Assembly (NCBI GenBank): GCA_030390025.1
Contig: JASTWF010000321.1
Coordinates: 434,001-498,000 of the forward strand
Direction: 5' to 3'
Length of the DNA: 64,000 nucleotides
Source: Squalus acanthias
Lineage: Eukaryota
A program made the translations under genes and the position numbers. The first letter of the stretch is position 1; each line of letters starts with the position of its first letter. Shown here one piece after another: positions 21,985-35,346 of this stretch. The notes under the pieces are model-generated. The model did not search any database. It was given only the letters and a program-made list of their open reading frames with translations, and was not told the origin of the DNA.

Positions 21985-23527
21985 ACAGTCACTCTCACCT
22001 CACCTCTGGAATTCAGCTCTTTTGTCCATGTTTGGCCCAATGCTGTAATGAGGTCAGGAGTCAAGTGGCCCTGGCGGAAAGCAAACTGGGCATCGGGGAG
22101 CAGGTTATTTGTGCTTTGTTAGTGCCTCGTGATAGCATTGTCGATGGCAGCTTCCATCACTTTGCTGATAATGGAGAGATGGCTGATGGGGTGGTAACTG
22201 GCTGTTGGATTAGTCCCGCTTTTTGCGGACTGGCCATACCTGACCAATTTACCATTTTGTCGGGTAGATGCCAGTACTGGAACAGTGTGACTAGAGGTGC
22301 AGCTAGTTCTGGAGCACAGGTCTTCAGCACTGCAGCCGGGATGTTGTCGAGGCCCATAGCCTTTGCTGTATCCAGTGCGCTCTACCGTTCTTGATATCAC
22401 GTGGAGTGAAGTGAATTGGCTGGAAACTGGCTTCTGTGCTGGTTGGACCTCAGGAGGAGGCCGAGATGCATCATCCACTTGGCACTTGTGACTGAAGATG
22501 GTTGCGAAGGCTTCAGCCTTGTCTTTTGCAGCCACGTGCTGTGCTCCGCCATCATTGAGGATGTGGATGTTCAAGGAGCCTCCTACTCCCGTCAGTTGTT
22601 AATTGTCCATCACCATTCCCGACTGGATGTGGCAGGACTACAGAGCTTTGATCTGATTCATTGGGTGTGGGATCGCTTAGCTCTGTCTATAACATGCTGC
22701 CTCCGCTGTTTAACATGCATATAGTCCTGTGTTGTAGCTTCACCAAGTTGGTTTCTGATTTTCAGGTACACCTGGTGCAGCTCCTGGCATGCTCTTCAAC
22801 ACTCCTTATTGAACCAGGTGTGGTTTGATGGTAATGGTAGAATGAGGGATATGCCAGGCCATGAGGTTACAGATTATGGTGGAATACAATTCTGTTGCTG
22901 CTGATGGTCCACAGCACCTCATGGATGCCCAGTTTTGAGCTGCTAGATGTGTTCTTAATCTATCCCATTTAGCACGGTGGTAGTGTACAGAACATGATGA
23001 AGGGGTGTCCTCAGTGACTCGGTAGTACCATAATTAACCAATCTGGCTGAGTCCTGAAGGACATAGCAGCCAGATTGGTTCACGGCAGGTGGTGAGAGAA
23101 TAAACACGAGCCACTACCAAGCCACACTTGGTGATGGACATTGAAGTCCCCCACCCACAGTACATTCTGTGCCCCAGCAGCCACAGTGCGCCTGGTGAGG
23201 AGGGAGTAAATGTTTAAGATGGTGGATGGGGAGCTGATTAAGCGGCCTGCTTTCCCTTGGATTGTCTCGAGCTTCGTGTGTGTTGTTGGAGCTGTAACCT
23301 TCCAGGCAAGTGGAGAATATTCCATCGCACTCCTGACTTGTGCCTTGTAGAGGGTGGAAAGGCTTTGGGGAGTCAGGAGGTGCTGAGGCACTTGCGCAGA
23401 CTACCTAGCATCTGACTAGCTCTTGTAGCCACAGTATATATTGGGCCGATCTAGTTAATGTTCTGGTCAATGGTGACCCCCAGGATGTTGATGTTGGGGA
23501 ATTCAACAATGGTAATGTCATTGAATG

Positions 23528-23799
23528 TGATGCGGAGATGCCGGTGTTGGAGTGGGGTGGACACAATTGAGAGGTCGCACAACACCAGGTTATAGTCCAA
23601 CAGTTTTATTTTAAATCACAAGCTTTCGGAGTTAAAACTCCTTCGTCGGGTGAAGTGAGGAGATACAGAATCGTCAAAGCATACGCTTTGACGATTCTGT
23701 ATCTCCTCACTTCACCCGACGAAGGAGTTTTAACTCCGAAAGCTTGTGATTTAAAATAAAACTGTTGGACTATAACCTGGTGTTGTGCGACCTCTCAAT
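23528..23799. mobile_element. Penelope-like element 3' end in inverted (palindromic) configuration
   Basis: 115 bp perfect arms 23566-23680 and 23685-23799; TSD (t)aatgtcattgaatg; PLE-type tail gaaagcttgtgatttaaaataaaactgttggactataacctggtg. Confidence 0.85.
23712..23749 (+). ncRNA. Minimal hammerhead-ribozyme-like motif (variant core) within the PLE tail
   Basis: tcac-CCGACGA-aggag/ctcc stem-GAAA-gctt-gtga; the canonical core is CUGANGA...GAAA. Confidence 0.55.
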
Positions 23800-26700
23800 A
23801 ATGTCATTGAATGCCATGGGGAGGTGGTTGGACTCTCTCTTGTTAGAGATGGTCATTGTCTGGCACTTGTGTGGCACAAATGTTACTTGCCACTTATCAT
23901 CCCCAACCTGAATGTTGTCCAGGTCTTGCTGCATGTGGACACAGACTGCCTCATTATCTGACAAATTGTGAATGTAACTTAACACTGTATAATCAGCAGT
24001 GAACATCCCCACTTCTGAAGGTCATTAATAAAGCAATTGAAGATGTTGGGCCGAGGACACTGTCCTGAGTAACTGCTGCAGCGATGACCTGGGGCTGAGA
24101 TGATTGGCCTCCAATAACCACAGGCATCTTCCTTGTGCTAGATATGACACCATCCAGTGTAGAGTTTTCCCCCGATCCCCATTGACTTCAGTTTTACTGG
24201 GGCCCATTGGTGCCACACTCGGTCAAATGCTGCCTTGATGTCGAGTACAGTCACTCTCACCTCACCTCTGGAATTCAGCCCTTTTGTCAATGTTTGGACC
24301 AAGGCTGTAATGAGGTCAGCAGCCAAGTGGTCCTGGCGGAAACCAAACTAGTCATTGGTGAGCAGGTTACTTGTGCATTAGTGACGCTTGATAGCATTGT
24401 GGATGACAGCTTCCATCACTTTGCTGATGTTGGAGAGATGGCTGATGGGGTGGTAACTGGCTGTTGGATTAGTCCAGCTGTTTGCGGACTGGACATACAT
24501 GTCCAATTTACCACTTTGTCGGGTAGATGCCAGTACTGGATCAGCTTGGCTAGAGGTGCAGCTAGTTCTGGAGCACAGGTCTTCAGCTATGCAGCCGGGA
24601 TGTTGCCGGGGCCCATAGCCTTTGCTGTATCCAGTGCGCTCTACCGTTCTTGATATCACGTGGAGTGAAGCAAATTGGTTGAAGACTGGCTTCTGTGATG
24701 GTGGTGACCTCAGGAGCAAGCCGAGATGCATCGTCCACTTGGCACTTGTGGCTGAAGATGGTTGTGAAGGCATCAGCCTTGTCTTTTGCACTCACATGCT
24801 GTGCTTCACCATCATCCTGTGTTGTAGCTTCACCAAGAAGGTTTCTGATTTTCAGATACACTTGGTGCAGCTCCTGGAATGCTCTTCAACACTCCTTATT
24901 GAACCAGGGCTGGTTTGATGGTAATGGTAGAATGAGGGATATGCCAGGCCATGAGGTTACAGATTATGGTGGAATACAATTCTGTTGCTGCTGATGGCCC
25001 ACAGCGCCTCATGGATGCCAAGATTTGAGCTGCTAGATGTGTTCTTAATCGATCCCATTTAGCACGGTGGTAGGGCCACACAACACGATGAAGGGGTGTC
25101 TTCAGTGGCTCGGTAGTACCATGATTGACGAAGCTGGCTGAGTCCTGAAGGACATAGCTGCCAGGCTGACTCACGGCAGGTGGTGAGAGAACAAACACGA
25201 GCCACTACTGAGCCACACTTGGTGATGGACATTGAAGTCCCCCAGCCAGGGTACATTCTGTGCCCCAGCAGCCACAGTGCGCCTGGTGAGGAGGGAGTAA
25301 ATGTTTAAGATGGTGGATGGGGAGCTGATTAAGCGGCCTGCTTTCCCCTGGATTGTGTCGAGCTTCTTGAGTGTTGTTGGAGCTGCAACCGTCCAGGCAA
25401 GTGGAGAATATTCCATCGCACTCCTGACTTGTGCCTTGTAGGGGGTGGAAAGGCCTTGGGGAGTCAGGAGGTGGTGAGTCACTTGCGCAGAATACCCAGC
25501 GTCTGACTAGCTCTTGTAGCCACAGTATTTATTTGGCTGATCTAGTTAAGTTTCTGGTCAATGGTGACCCCCAGGATGTTGATGGTGGGGAATTCAATGA
25601 TGGTAATGCCATTGAATGTCATGGGGAGGTGGTTAGACTCTCTCCTGTTGGAGATGGTCATTGTCTGGCACTTGTGTGGCACAAATGTTACTTGCCACTT
25701 ATCATCCCCAACCTGAATGTTGTCCAGGTCTTGCTGCACGTGGACACAGACTGCCTCATTATCTGACGAATTGTGAATGTAACTTGACACTGTGCAATCA
25801 GCAGCGAACATCCCCACTTCTGGAGGTCATTAATAAAGCAGTTGAAGATGTTGGGCCTAGGACACTGTCCTGAGTAACTGCTGCAGTGATGACCTGGGGC
25901 TGAGATGATTGGCCTCCAATAACCACAACCATCTTCCTTGTGCTAGATATGACACCATCCAGTGGAGAGTTTTCCCCCGATGCCCATTGACTTCAGTTTT
26001 ACTGGGGCCCCTTGGTGCCACACTCGGTCAAATGCTGCCTTGATGTCGAGGACAGTCACTCTCACCTCACCTCTGGAACTCAGCCCTTTTACATGTGTGG
26101 CCCAAGGCTGTAATGAGGTCAGGAGCCAAGTGGTCCTGGCGGAAAGTAAACTGGGCATCGGGGAGCAGGTTATTTGTGCTTTGTTAGTGCCTCTTGATAG
26201 CATTGTCGATGACAGCTTCCATCACTTTGCTGATGATGGAGAGATGGCTGATGGGGTGGTAATTGGCTGTTGGATTAGTCCAGCTTTATGCGGACTGGAC
26301 ATACCTGGCCAATTTACCACTTTGTCGGGTAGATTAACCAGTACTGGAACATCTTGGCTTGAGGTGCAGCTAGTTCTGGAGCACAGGTCTTCATCTCTCT
26401 AGTCGGGATGTTGTCGGTGCCCATAGCCTTTGCTGTATCCAGTGCGCTCTACCGTTCTTGATATCATGTGGAGTGAAGTGAATTGGCTGAAGACTGGCTT
26501 CTGTGATGGTGGGGACCTCAGGAGGAGGCCGAGATGCATCATCCACTTGGCACTTGTGACTGAAGATGGTTGCAAAGACTTCAGCCTTGTCTTTTGCACT
26601 CACGTGCTGTGCTCCGTCATCGTTGAGGATGGGTATGTTCATGGAGCCTCCTCCTCTCGTTAGTTGTTTAATTGTCCATCACCATTCACGACTGGATGTG

Positions 26701-27902
26701 GCAGGACTGCAGAGCTTTGATCTGATCCATTGGGTGTGGGATCGCTTAGCTCGGTCTATAGCAATGTTCCTGCTGTTTAACATGAATATAGTCCTGTGTT
26801 GTAGCTTCACCAAGTTGGTATCTGATTTTCATGTACACCTGGCATGCTCTTCAACACTCTTCATTGAACCAGGGTTGGTTTGATGGGAATGGTAGAGGGA
26901 GGGATATATCAGCTCATGAAGTTACAGAGTGTGGTGGAATACAATTCCATTGCTGCTGATGGCCCACAGCGCCTCCTTGGTGCCCAGTTTTGAGCTGCTA
27001 GATCTCTTCTGATTCTATCCCATTTAGTACGGTGGTAGTGCCACACAACACAATGAAGGGTTGTCCTCAGTGTGAAGACGGGACTTCATCACCACAAGGA
27101 CTGTGCGGTGGTCACTGCGACCAATACTGTCATGGACAGATGCATCTGCGACAGGTAGATTGTTGAGGACGAGATCAAGTAGCTTTTTTCCTCGTGTTTG
27201 TTCTCTCACCACCTGCTATGAGCCCAGTCTGGCAGCTATCTCCTTGAGGACTTTGCCAGCTTGGTGAATAGTGGTACTACTGAGCCACTCTTGGTGATGC
27301 CTGAGCAGCCACAGTGCGCCGGATGAGGAGGGAGTAAATGTTTATGATGGTGGACGGGGGGCTGATTAAGCGGACTGCTTTCTCCTGGACTGTGTCGCGC
27401 TTCTTGAGTGTTGTTGGATCTGCAACCATCCAGGCAAGTGGAGAATATTCAATCACACTCCTGACTTGTGCCTTGTAGGTGCTAGAATGGTTTTGGGGAG
27501 TCAGGAGGTGAGTCACTTACCGGCGAATACCCAGCCTCTGACCTGCTCTTGTATTTACGTGGCCTGGCTAGTTACTTTGCTGATGATTGAGAGTAGATTG
27601 ATGGGGCAGTAATTGGCCGGATTGGATTTTTCCTGCCTTTTGCGGAAAGGACATACCTGCCCAATTTTCCACTTTATCAGGTAGAGGCCAGTACAGGAAC
27701 AGCTTGGCTAGAGGTGCTGCTAGTTCTGGAGTGCAGGTCTTCAGCTCTACAGCTGTGATGTTGTTGGGGCCCCACAGCCTTTGCAGTATCCAGTGCGCTC
27801 TGACGTTTTCTGATATCAAGTGGAGTGAAGTGAATTGGCTGAGGACTGGCATCTATGAGAGTGGGGACCTCAGGAGGAGGCGGCGATGGATCCACTTGGC
27901 AC

Positions 27903-28495
27903 TTGTACAGGGCCTTTGTGAGACCATACCTGGAGTACTGGGCACAGTTTTGGTCTCCTTATCTAAGGAGGAATATACTTGCCTTGGAGGCGATGCAACG
28001 AAGGTTCACTAGATTGATTCCTGGGATGAGGGGGCTGTCCTATGATGAGAGATTGTGTAGAATGGGCCTATACTCTCTGGAGTTTAGAAGAATGAGAGGT
28101 GATCTCATTGAAACATACAAGATTCTGAGGGGGATTGACAGGGTAGATGCTGAGAGGTTGTTTCCCCCTGGCTGGAGTGTCTAGAACTAGGGGGCATAGT
28201 CTCAGGATAAGGGATAGGCCATTTAAGACTGAGATGAGGAGGAATTCCTTCACTCAGAGGGTTGTGAATCTTTGGAATTCTCTGGCCCCAGAGGGCTGTG
28301 GATGCTGAGTCTTTGAGTATATTCAAGGCTGAGATAGATAGATTTTTTAGACTCTAGGGGAATCAAGGGATATGGAGATCGGGCGGGAAAGTGGAGTTAA
28401 GGTCGATGATCAGCCATGATCTTATTGAATGGAGGAGCAGGCTCGAGGGGCCGTATGGCCTACACCTGCTCTTATGATCTTACGTTCTTATGTTC
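27903..28495 (+). mobile_element. CR1 family A-type 3' fragment
   Basis: LYRAFVRPYLEYWAQFWSP...RGDLIETYKIL; cttatg-repeat tail. Confidence 0.9.
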
Positions 28496-29109
28496 TGCCT
28501 GGAGGTAGTTGCGAAAGAAGGAGATGAGGAGAGAGAAAACACAATACAAAAGCTAGAGCTGATTTTAATCATTTATAAAAATGGACCAAATATAACACTA
28601 ACCGTTTGTATATTTTTGTCCATGGACGAACAAAATGCTGCCAATTAATTCTCCCCTGAGGCTAACGGAACAGACTGCTGCTGATTGGAGACAAAGAGCT
28701 AGTGACACTTTCAGAATGAGACCTGTATGGGAGGGGAAGGCGATGCCATGTGACCCAGGCAACTCCTGGAGGGCACTGAGTTCAAAGGGACGGTGAACCC
28801 AAGGTCTCTTCCTCCTCCCGCGTTCCCTCCGCCCCGTCCTCTCCCCATTTTAGATGCTGTCTTATTTCAGATGTTAAAATATGAGGACATTCACTGTATT
28901 TCCCACTCCATGAGAAAAAACCAACAACGTGGGATTTTAAACATCTTTCGGTGTTACATTTCATACTTCATGTACAGATTGTGGACTTTGAGAAATACTT
29001 CACTGTAAAAATCTGTTTCATGTAACAATTAAAAAATTGTATTTACCTACTTGTTGGTCAATGTTTTCATTTCATACAATCATCTCATCAACTTATGTAA
29101 ATATTCAAT

Positions 29110-32100
29110 ATTTATCAACACAGATAAATGTGAGGTATTACATTTTGGTAAGAAAAATATGGAGGTCACATATTACTTGGAAATAACGAATCTAAATGGG
29201 GTAGAAGAGCAAAGGGATCTCGGAGTACAAATACACAAATCACTGAAAGTAGCGACACAGGTTAACAAGGCCATAAAAAACGCAAGCACTGGGGTTTATT
29301 TCTAGAGGGATTGAATTGAAAAGTAGTGAAGTTATGCTAAACTTGAATCGAACCTTGGTTGGACCACACTTGGAGTACTGCATACAATTCTGGACACCAT
29401 ATTATAAAAAGGAATTAGAGGCACTGGAGAGGGTGCAAAAAATGATGAGTAAAACATTAGAGCTGAAGGACAGGCTAGGGGGTGTGGCCCAAATAAGGGT
29501 TCTTTACACAAATGCACAGAGTATAAGGAATAAATTGAATGAACTGCAGGCATGAATTCAAATAGGAGGGTATGACATTGTAGCTATTACTGAGACATGG
29601 CTACAAGACAGTCAGGACTGGGAACTAAATATACCAGGTTATAAGGTCTACAGGGAAGATAGGGGAAATGGCAGAGGGGGAGGAGTAGCCTTAGTGATTA
29701 AGGATGAAATCACTTCAATGATAAGAGAGGATTTAAGGAGAGGTAAGCAGGCAGTGGAGACGTTATGGGTTGAATTATGAAATAAAGGATCTAAGACTGT
29801 AGTGGGAGTTGTGTATAGGCCCCCTGGTAGCAGCTGTGAAGTGCTACATTGTACAAATGAAGAGATTAGACAATCGTGTAGCAAAGGTGGAGTGTTTTTA
29901 ATGGGGGATTTTAACTTTCATAGATTGGGAAAAGCAGACTAGCACCTGTCAGAAAGGTAGTGAATTTCTTGAGTGTGTCCGGGATAGTTTTCTACAACAA
30001 TATGTCCTAGAGGCAACAAGGGGGCAAGTCATATTAGATTTAGTAATGAGTAATGAACCAGATTTAGTTAACAGCCTAACTGTGCGTGAACATTTATCCA
30101 ATCGCGATCATAACATGATCGAGTTCAACATAGTGTTTGAATGGGAGAAACGCAAAACAGCTACTAAGATTCTAGATTTAGGTAAGGCCGACTTCAACAG
30201 GATGTCCACAGTAAAGTGGGCAAATCTGTCACTGGGTAAAATGACAGAAGATCAGTGGGAGATGTTTAAAAAATAATTTAAGGTGTTACAGAAACAGTTT
30301 ATACCCCTGAGGGGCAAGAGCTCTACTTGCCAAAAAAAAACCATCCATGGACAACTAAAGAGGTAAAGGCCAGCATAAAACTAGAAAGGAAAGGGCATAC
30401 AAAAAATGCAAAAAATAGCACCGATCCTGGCGAATGGGAAAGATACAAAGAACAGCAACAGTTAGTAAGAGCTACAAAAAGGGAGTATGAAAAGAAACTT
30501 GCAAGGGATATCAAAATCAATGTGAAGAATTTTTACAATTATATTAGGAAAAAGAGGGTGGTCAGGAGCAAAGTTGGCCCCTTAAAAACAAAGTGGTGAT
30601 ATTGTCAATGACAATGGGGAAATGGTGGCCATGTTGAATAATTACTTTGCATCAGTATTTACAGTAGAGAAAGAGGACAGCATGCCGGAAATCCTAAAGA
30701 AACTAATATTGAATCGGGGACAGGGGCTCAATAAAATTAACGTAAGTAAAGCAACAGTAATGAAGAAAATAACGGCACTAAAGAGTGATAAATCCCCAGG
30801 ACCAGATGGTTTCCATCCCAGGGTTTTAAAGGAAGTAGGAGCACATTGCAGATGCCCTAATTATAATCTTCCAAAGTTCTCTAGATTCAGGAACCGTCCT
30901 TTCATTTGGAAAATTGTACATGTTACTCCGCATTTTAAGAATGGCGAGAGAGGGAAACCAGTGAATTATAAACCAGTTAGCCTAACATCTGTTGTCGGGA
31001 AATGACTAGAGTCTATAATTAAGGATAGGGTGACTGAACAGCTCGAAAATTTTCAGCTGATCAGAGAGAGCCAGCATGGATTTGTGAAAGGTACCATTAA
31101 TTGGAGGGAAACTAAAATAAATCAAGGGAATGCACTTATTGTATTCAATATTAGTAATAAAATGGTAATGGAGAAAATAATGAGACTAGGTTAGATAAAT
31201 CACCAGGACCTGATGGTTTCCATCCCAGGGTATTAAAAGAAGTGGGGAAATTGCAGAAGCATTAGCTATAATCATTCAAACTCTTGATTTGGGAACTATG
31301 CTGTTAAACTCAAAAATTGCAAATGTCAGTCCATTATTTAAGAAGGGTGGGAGAGAGAAAGCAGGTAACTACAGGCCTGTGAATTTAAAATCAATTGTGG
31401 GGACGCTACTAGAATCTCTCATTAGGGATAGAGTGACTGAGCACTTGTCCAAATATGAGCTGATCAGAGAGAGCCAGCATGGTAAGACTTGGGTTGGAAA
31501 TTGGTTGGGAGGTAGGAGACAATGATTGGGGATAAAGGGTTTGTACTCAGATTGGCAGAATGTGACAAGTGGATCTGTTCTGGAGCCTCAACTTTTTCCC
31601 ATATTTATTACTCACTTGGATCAAGGAATAGAGCTGTATATCCAAGTTTCCAGAGGACACTAAAGTCAGAGACACAGTAAGTAGTGCAGCTGGGAGCAGG
31701 AAGTTGCAAAACTATGTCAGATGGACAAGTGTGAGGTCGTCCACTTTGGACCTAAGAAAACTACATTTTCCAAATGTTGGGAAACTAGGAACTGTAGAGG
31801 AGCAAAGAGATTTGGGAGTCTAACTCCACAAATCATTTAAAACTAGTCGACAGGTACAAAAAGTAATAAATAAGGCCAATGGAAATTTGGCCTTTATCTT
31901 AAAATGGCTGGATTACAAATAGGAAGAGTTGTAATCTTAACATTTGAACCATTTAGGATGAAAATCATGAAGTACCTTTTCACACAAGGTATTAGAAACC
32001 TGGAATTCTCTCCCCAAAGGGCTGTGGATTCTCGGACAAGTGGAGCTTCTAAGACTGAGATTGATAGATTTTAGTTGGGAAAGGCTAACAAGGGACATGG

Positions 32101-32200
32101 AGCAAAGGTGGGTAAATAGATTTGAGGCACAGATCAGCAATGATCTAATTGATTCGCATTGGAGGCTCGAGGGGCTGAATGGCCGACTCCTGTTCCTATC
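29110..32200 (+). mobile_element. Cluster of degenerate CR1 fragments including an endonuclease domain
   Basis: NTDKCEVLHFG; VLYTNAQSIRNK (AP endonuclease start); KSPGPDGFHPRVLKE; NYRPV; 3' tail near 32130-32200. Confidence 0.8.
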
Positions 32201-32277
32201 TTCCTTTCAATCTGCTTGGTTTCCAGTCAGGTTTTGTCAGGAGCCATAAAAATTCTTCATTCTTAATTCTGTTGCAG

Positions 32278-32420
32278 GGATTTCAAAAACATCGGTCATT
32301 TTCACGAAGGACTCGTCGCAGAATTCATTAAGATCTTGGAGCAAGACAATTGATCCTTCGATAAGAGTTCCTTTTACATCTATTTTTCCAGCTTACGTGG
32401 GTTAGTTGCCATTTTAAATA
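32278..32420 (+). pseudogene. SOUL/heme-binding-protein-like terminal exon with an in-frame TGA
   Basis: Acceptor ctgttgcag|G, then DFKNIGHFHEGLVAEFIKILEQDN*SFDKSSFYIYFSS. Paralogous to the exon at 59155-59311; resemblance to the HEBP2 C-terminus is by eye. Confidence 0.5.
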
Positions 32421-34050
32421 TTGGATTTAACCCTGTGCATGTGGCAGTGTTGGGATTTGGAACGATTCCCCCCAGGCCCCATCTCCAGAGCCCTGTGCAT
32501 GGTGACCCTGTTTATAAATACTGCCCTCTACTGGCAGTTGGCAGTTTTTGTCTCCCACCCACACTGCTGCACTGTGAGGTGGAGCTTCTTCATTCACAAT
32601 TATTCAGCTCCGTTAACTCCAACACTGAGGTTTTCTTTCCCATTTTCTGGTTTTTATTTTACATTATTTGGTTTTGTGCGATGAGTCTAAACAACGGCTC
32701 TTTCCAGGTGCCCAGTTCAATGTATCACCTCTTATCGTCCTGTGGCAGATAGTCCCTGGTTTTCACCAGGGGGTGGATCTCCTTCTCATTCCCCAGATGA
32801 AATATGTTGGGGAGCCACGTGGTCTTCCACCCACACGTTAACCAGACATTCGGCTCCGGCCCTGGCAGATCGGACTGCCCCGGCAGAGGAGTCCTGGCTG
32901 CTGTTGCTCCTTTTAATATTGTTTAGAATTAGGTGCCCCCTTCAATTCCAAGTTATTTGCCAATGTCCCAGATTCATTGCTGACCGACCACCTCTGAGGG
33001 GCAGCTTTGGTGATCTACCAGTTGTGTAAGTGCGGAGAAACCACACTGAAGGATAAAGGAGAATTACTCAGCCAGTAATAGGAAGCTCCGCATTTAACCA
33101 TTTCTGTTTAGAAATCTGGGAGTTTTGAAAAAAGAGCCATCAAGTCACAGATATTTGTTTAAAGTCTCCATACTGCACATACACAGGGCTAAACTCAGTT
33201 GTACACGGGTGGTCGGCCCTCCTTTAGGCAACAGGGATTAATCACTGCAGTAATTTCCCTTTTCTGTAACCTTGCTTTAAATGAATCGTGCACAGACTGA
33301 GATTGAGATGGTTCTGTTAGAAACATAGAAACATAGAAACTAGGAGCAGGAGTAGGCCATTCGGCCCGTCGAGCCTGCTCCACCATTCAATACGATCATG
33401 GCTGATCATCCAAATCCAGTACCCTGTCCCTGCTTTCTCACACAGAATCCCCATCGAGCCTGCACCGACACATATCCCACCCTATCCCCGTAACCCCACG
33501 TATTTAATTCCCCCTAACATATCCCATCCTATCCCCGTAACCCCACATATTTAATCCCCCCCTAACACTAAGGGTCAATTTATCATAGCCAAATCAACCT
33601 AACCCGCACATTTTTGTTGTCAGATATAGTTCCAGGATGTTCTACCTTCAGACAGCAATGGCTTATGTTTATGTTTATCACAGTCAGGCTGACCAGAACT
33701 TTTAAAGGTGATGTGAAAAGGGCCAATAGAAAATGGAAAGTGTTGCCGAGCACAGAGTATTGAAGTTGTGAAATGTGAAATCATGGAGTGGTCAGACATG
33801 GGATCGTACCAGGCTCTCTCACTCTGAGTTAGTTCCAGATTGAATTATTTAATTACAAGAGAATGTTTGAACTATAAAGACACAGTGTGTTCATCTTTTG
33901 TAAAACTTCGAGGCTTTCATCACATCACCTTGAAAAATGTCCTGCCGTGTTTAAATTGTTCTCTCTCCTGTACTCTGAAATATAATGGGAATAGACTGTA
34001 TAACAGACTGTGTCGACTGCACGCTGTGCACTGCAGGAAAAGCAACACAT
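32420..34050 (+). repeat. Left arm of an inverted duplication (pairs with 57735-59003)
   Basis: 32420-33316 is the reverse complement of 58107-59003 with few substitutions. More diverged homology continues at 33615-34050. Confidence 0.93.
33317..33612 (-). mobile_element. CR1-tail/SINE composite insertion in the left arm
   Basis: Reverse complement of the CR1 family A tail (tagaaacatagaaac...ggagcaggagtaggccattcggccc); absent from the right arm. Confidence 0.75.
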
Positions 34051-35346
34051 TCACTGGTGATACCTGCTTATGGGGACACCCTGTGTGTGGAGTAAAGTAT
34101 TCCCTTTTCCTTGCATTCCTGATAATCAAACACTGGACATTGTGATGGGGATGAGTAGAAAGGTTGTTTCTCAATCCAGTTTGGTTTTATGGAGAATGGA
34201 TCCCATTGACAGACACAAATATTCACAGAGTGAGAGAGCTCAGGTACGATCCCACATCAATGCTCTGTGCTCGGCAACACTTCCCATTTTCTATTGGCTC
34301 TTTTCATATCATCTTTAATTGTTATGATCAGCATGATCCATATCTGCCTCCTCCTGAGGTCCCCACCATCACAGAAGCCAGTCTTCAGTCAATTGATTCA
34401 ATCTACGTGATATCAAGAAATGGCTGAGCGCACTGGATACAGCAAAGGCTATGGGCCCCGACAACATCCCATCTGTCGTGCTTAAGACTTGTGCTCCAGA
34501 ACTAGCCGCGCCTCTAGCCAAGCTGTTCCAGCACAGCTACAACACTGGCATCTGCCTGATAAAGTGTAAAATTTCCAAGGTGTGTACTGTCCGCAAAAAG
34601 CAGGACAAATCCAATCCGACCAATTACCGCCCCATCAGTTTACTCTCAATCATCAGCAAAGTGACGGAAGGTGTCGTTAACAGTGCTATCAAGCGGCAAT
34701 TACTCACCAATAACCTGCTCACAAATGCTCAGTTTGGGTTCCGCCAGGACCACTCAGCTCCAGGTCTCATTACAGCCTTGGTCCAAAATGGACAAAAGAG
34801 CTGAATTCCAGAGGTGAGGTGAGAGTGAGTGCCCTCGACACCAAAGCAGAATTTGACTGGTTGTGGCATCAATGAGCCCTAGTAAAATTGAAGTCATTGG
34901 GAATCACGGGTAAAACTTTTCATTGGCTGGAGTCATACCTAGCACAAAGGAAGATGGTTGTGGTTGTTGGAGGCCAATCATTTCAGCCCCAGCACATCAC
35001 TGCTGGAGCTCCTCAGGGCAGTGTCCTAGGCCCAACCATCTTCAGCTGCTTCATCAATGACCTTCCCTCCATCATAAGTTCAGAAATGGGGATTGACGTA
35101 ATAAAGACTCACTACGCACTTGAACATAAAGCAAGGCTTTAATCAACTTGTAACAAAACATGGAGGTCTAGTTAGCAGTCACTAGCTTCCTGTTTCCAGA
35201 TTGTCTCTGCCCAAGGTGGGCCCATGCCTGAGTATTTATACTCCCTGGACGGCGCCCCAGCTGGCCGCCCAGTAGTACTTCCTGAGTTGTTACTTGCGAT
35301 TTATGACATTCTTCCTCCCTAAAAGGTTTGGAAGTCCAGTCTTCCT

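Larger units (their letters stand above)
21985..27902 (-). repeat. Tandem array of a ~1.8-2.0 kb internally deleted CR1 family B unit
   Basis: A repeated junction fuses the RT C-terminus (RRTVAA) to the endonuclease region (GAQNVLWVGDFNVHH) near 23175 and 25265, with a shortened form near 27305. Units share deletions. Confidence 0.85.

Noticed and set aside
28853..29008. Possible upstream SOUL-like exon (FQMLKYEDIHCISHSM...)
   Set aside because: Similarity too weak and no convincing splice donor.
32421..33029. Short ORFs duplicated at 58394-59002
   Set aside because: Their identity reflects the DNA duplication; no recognisable protein motifs.
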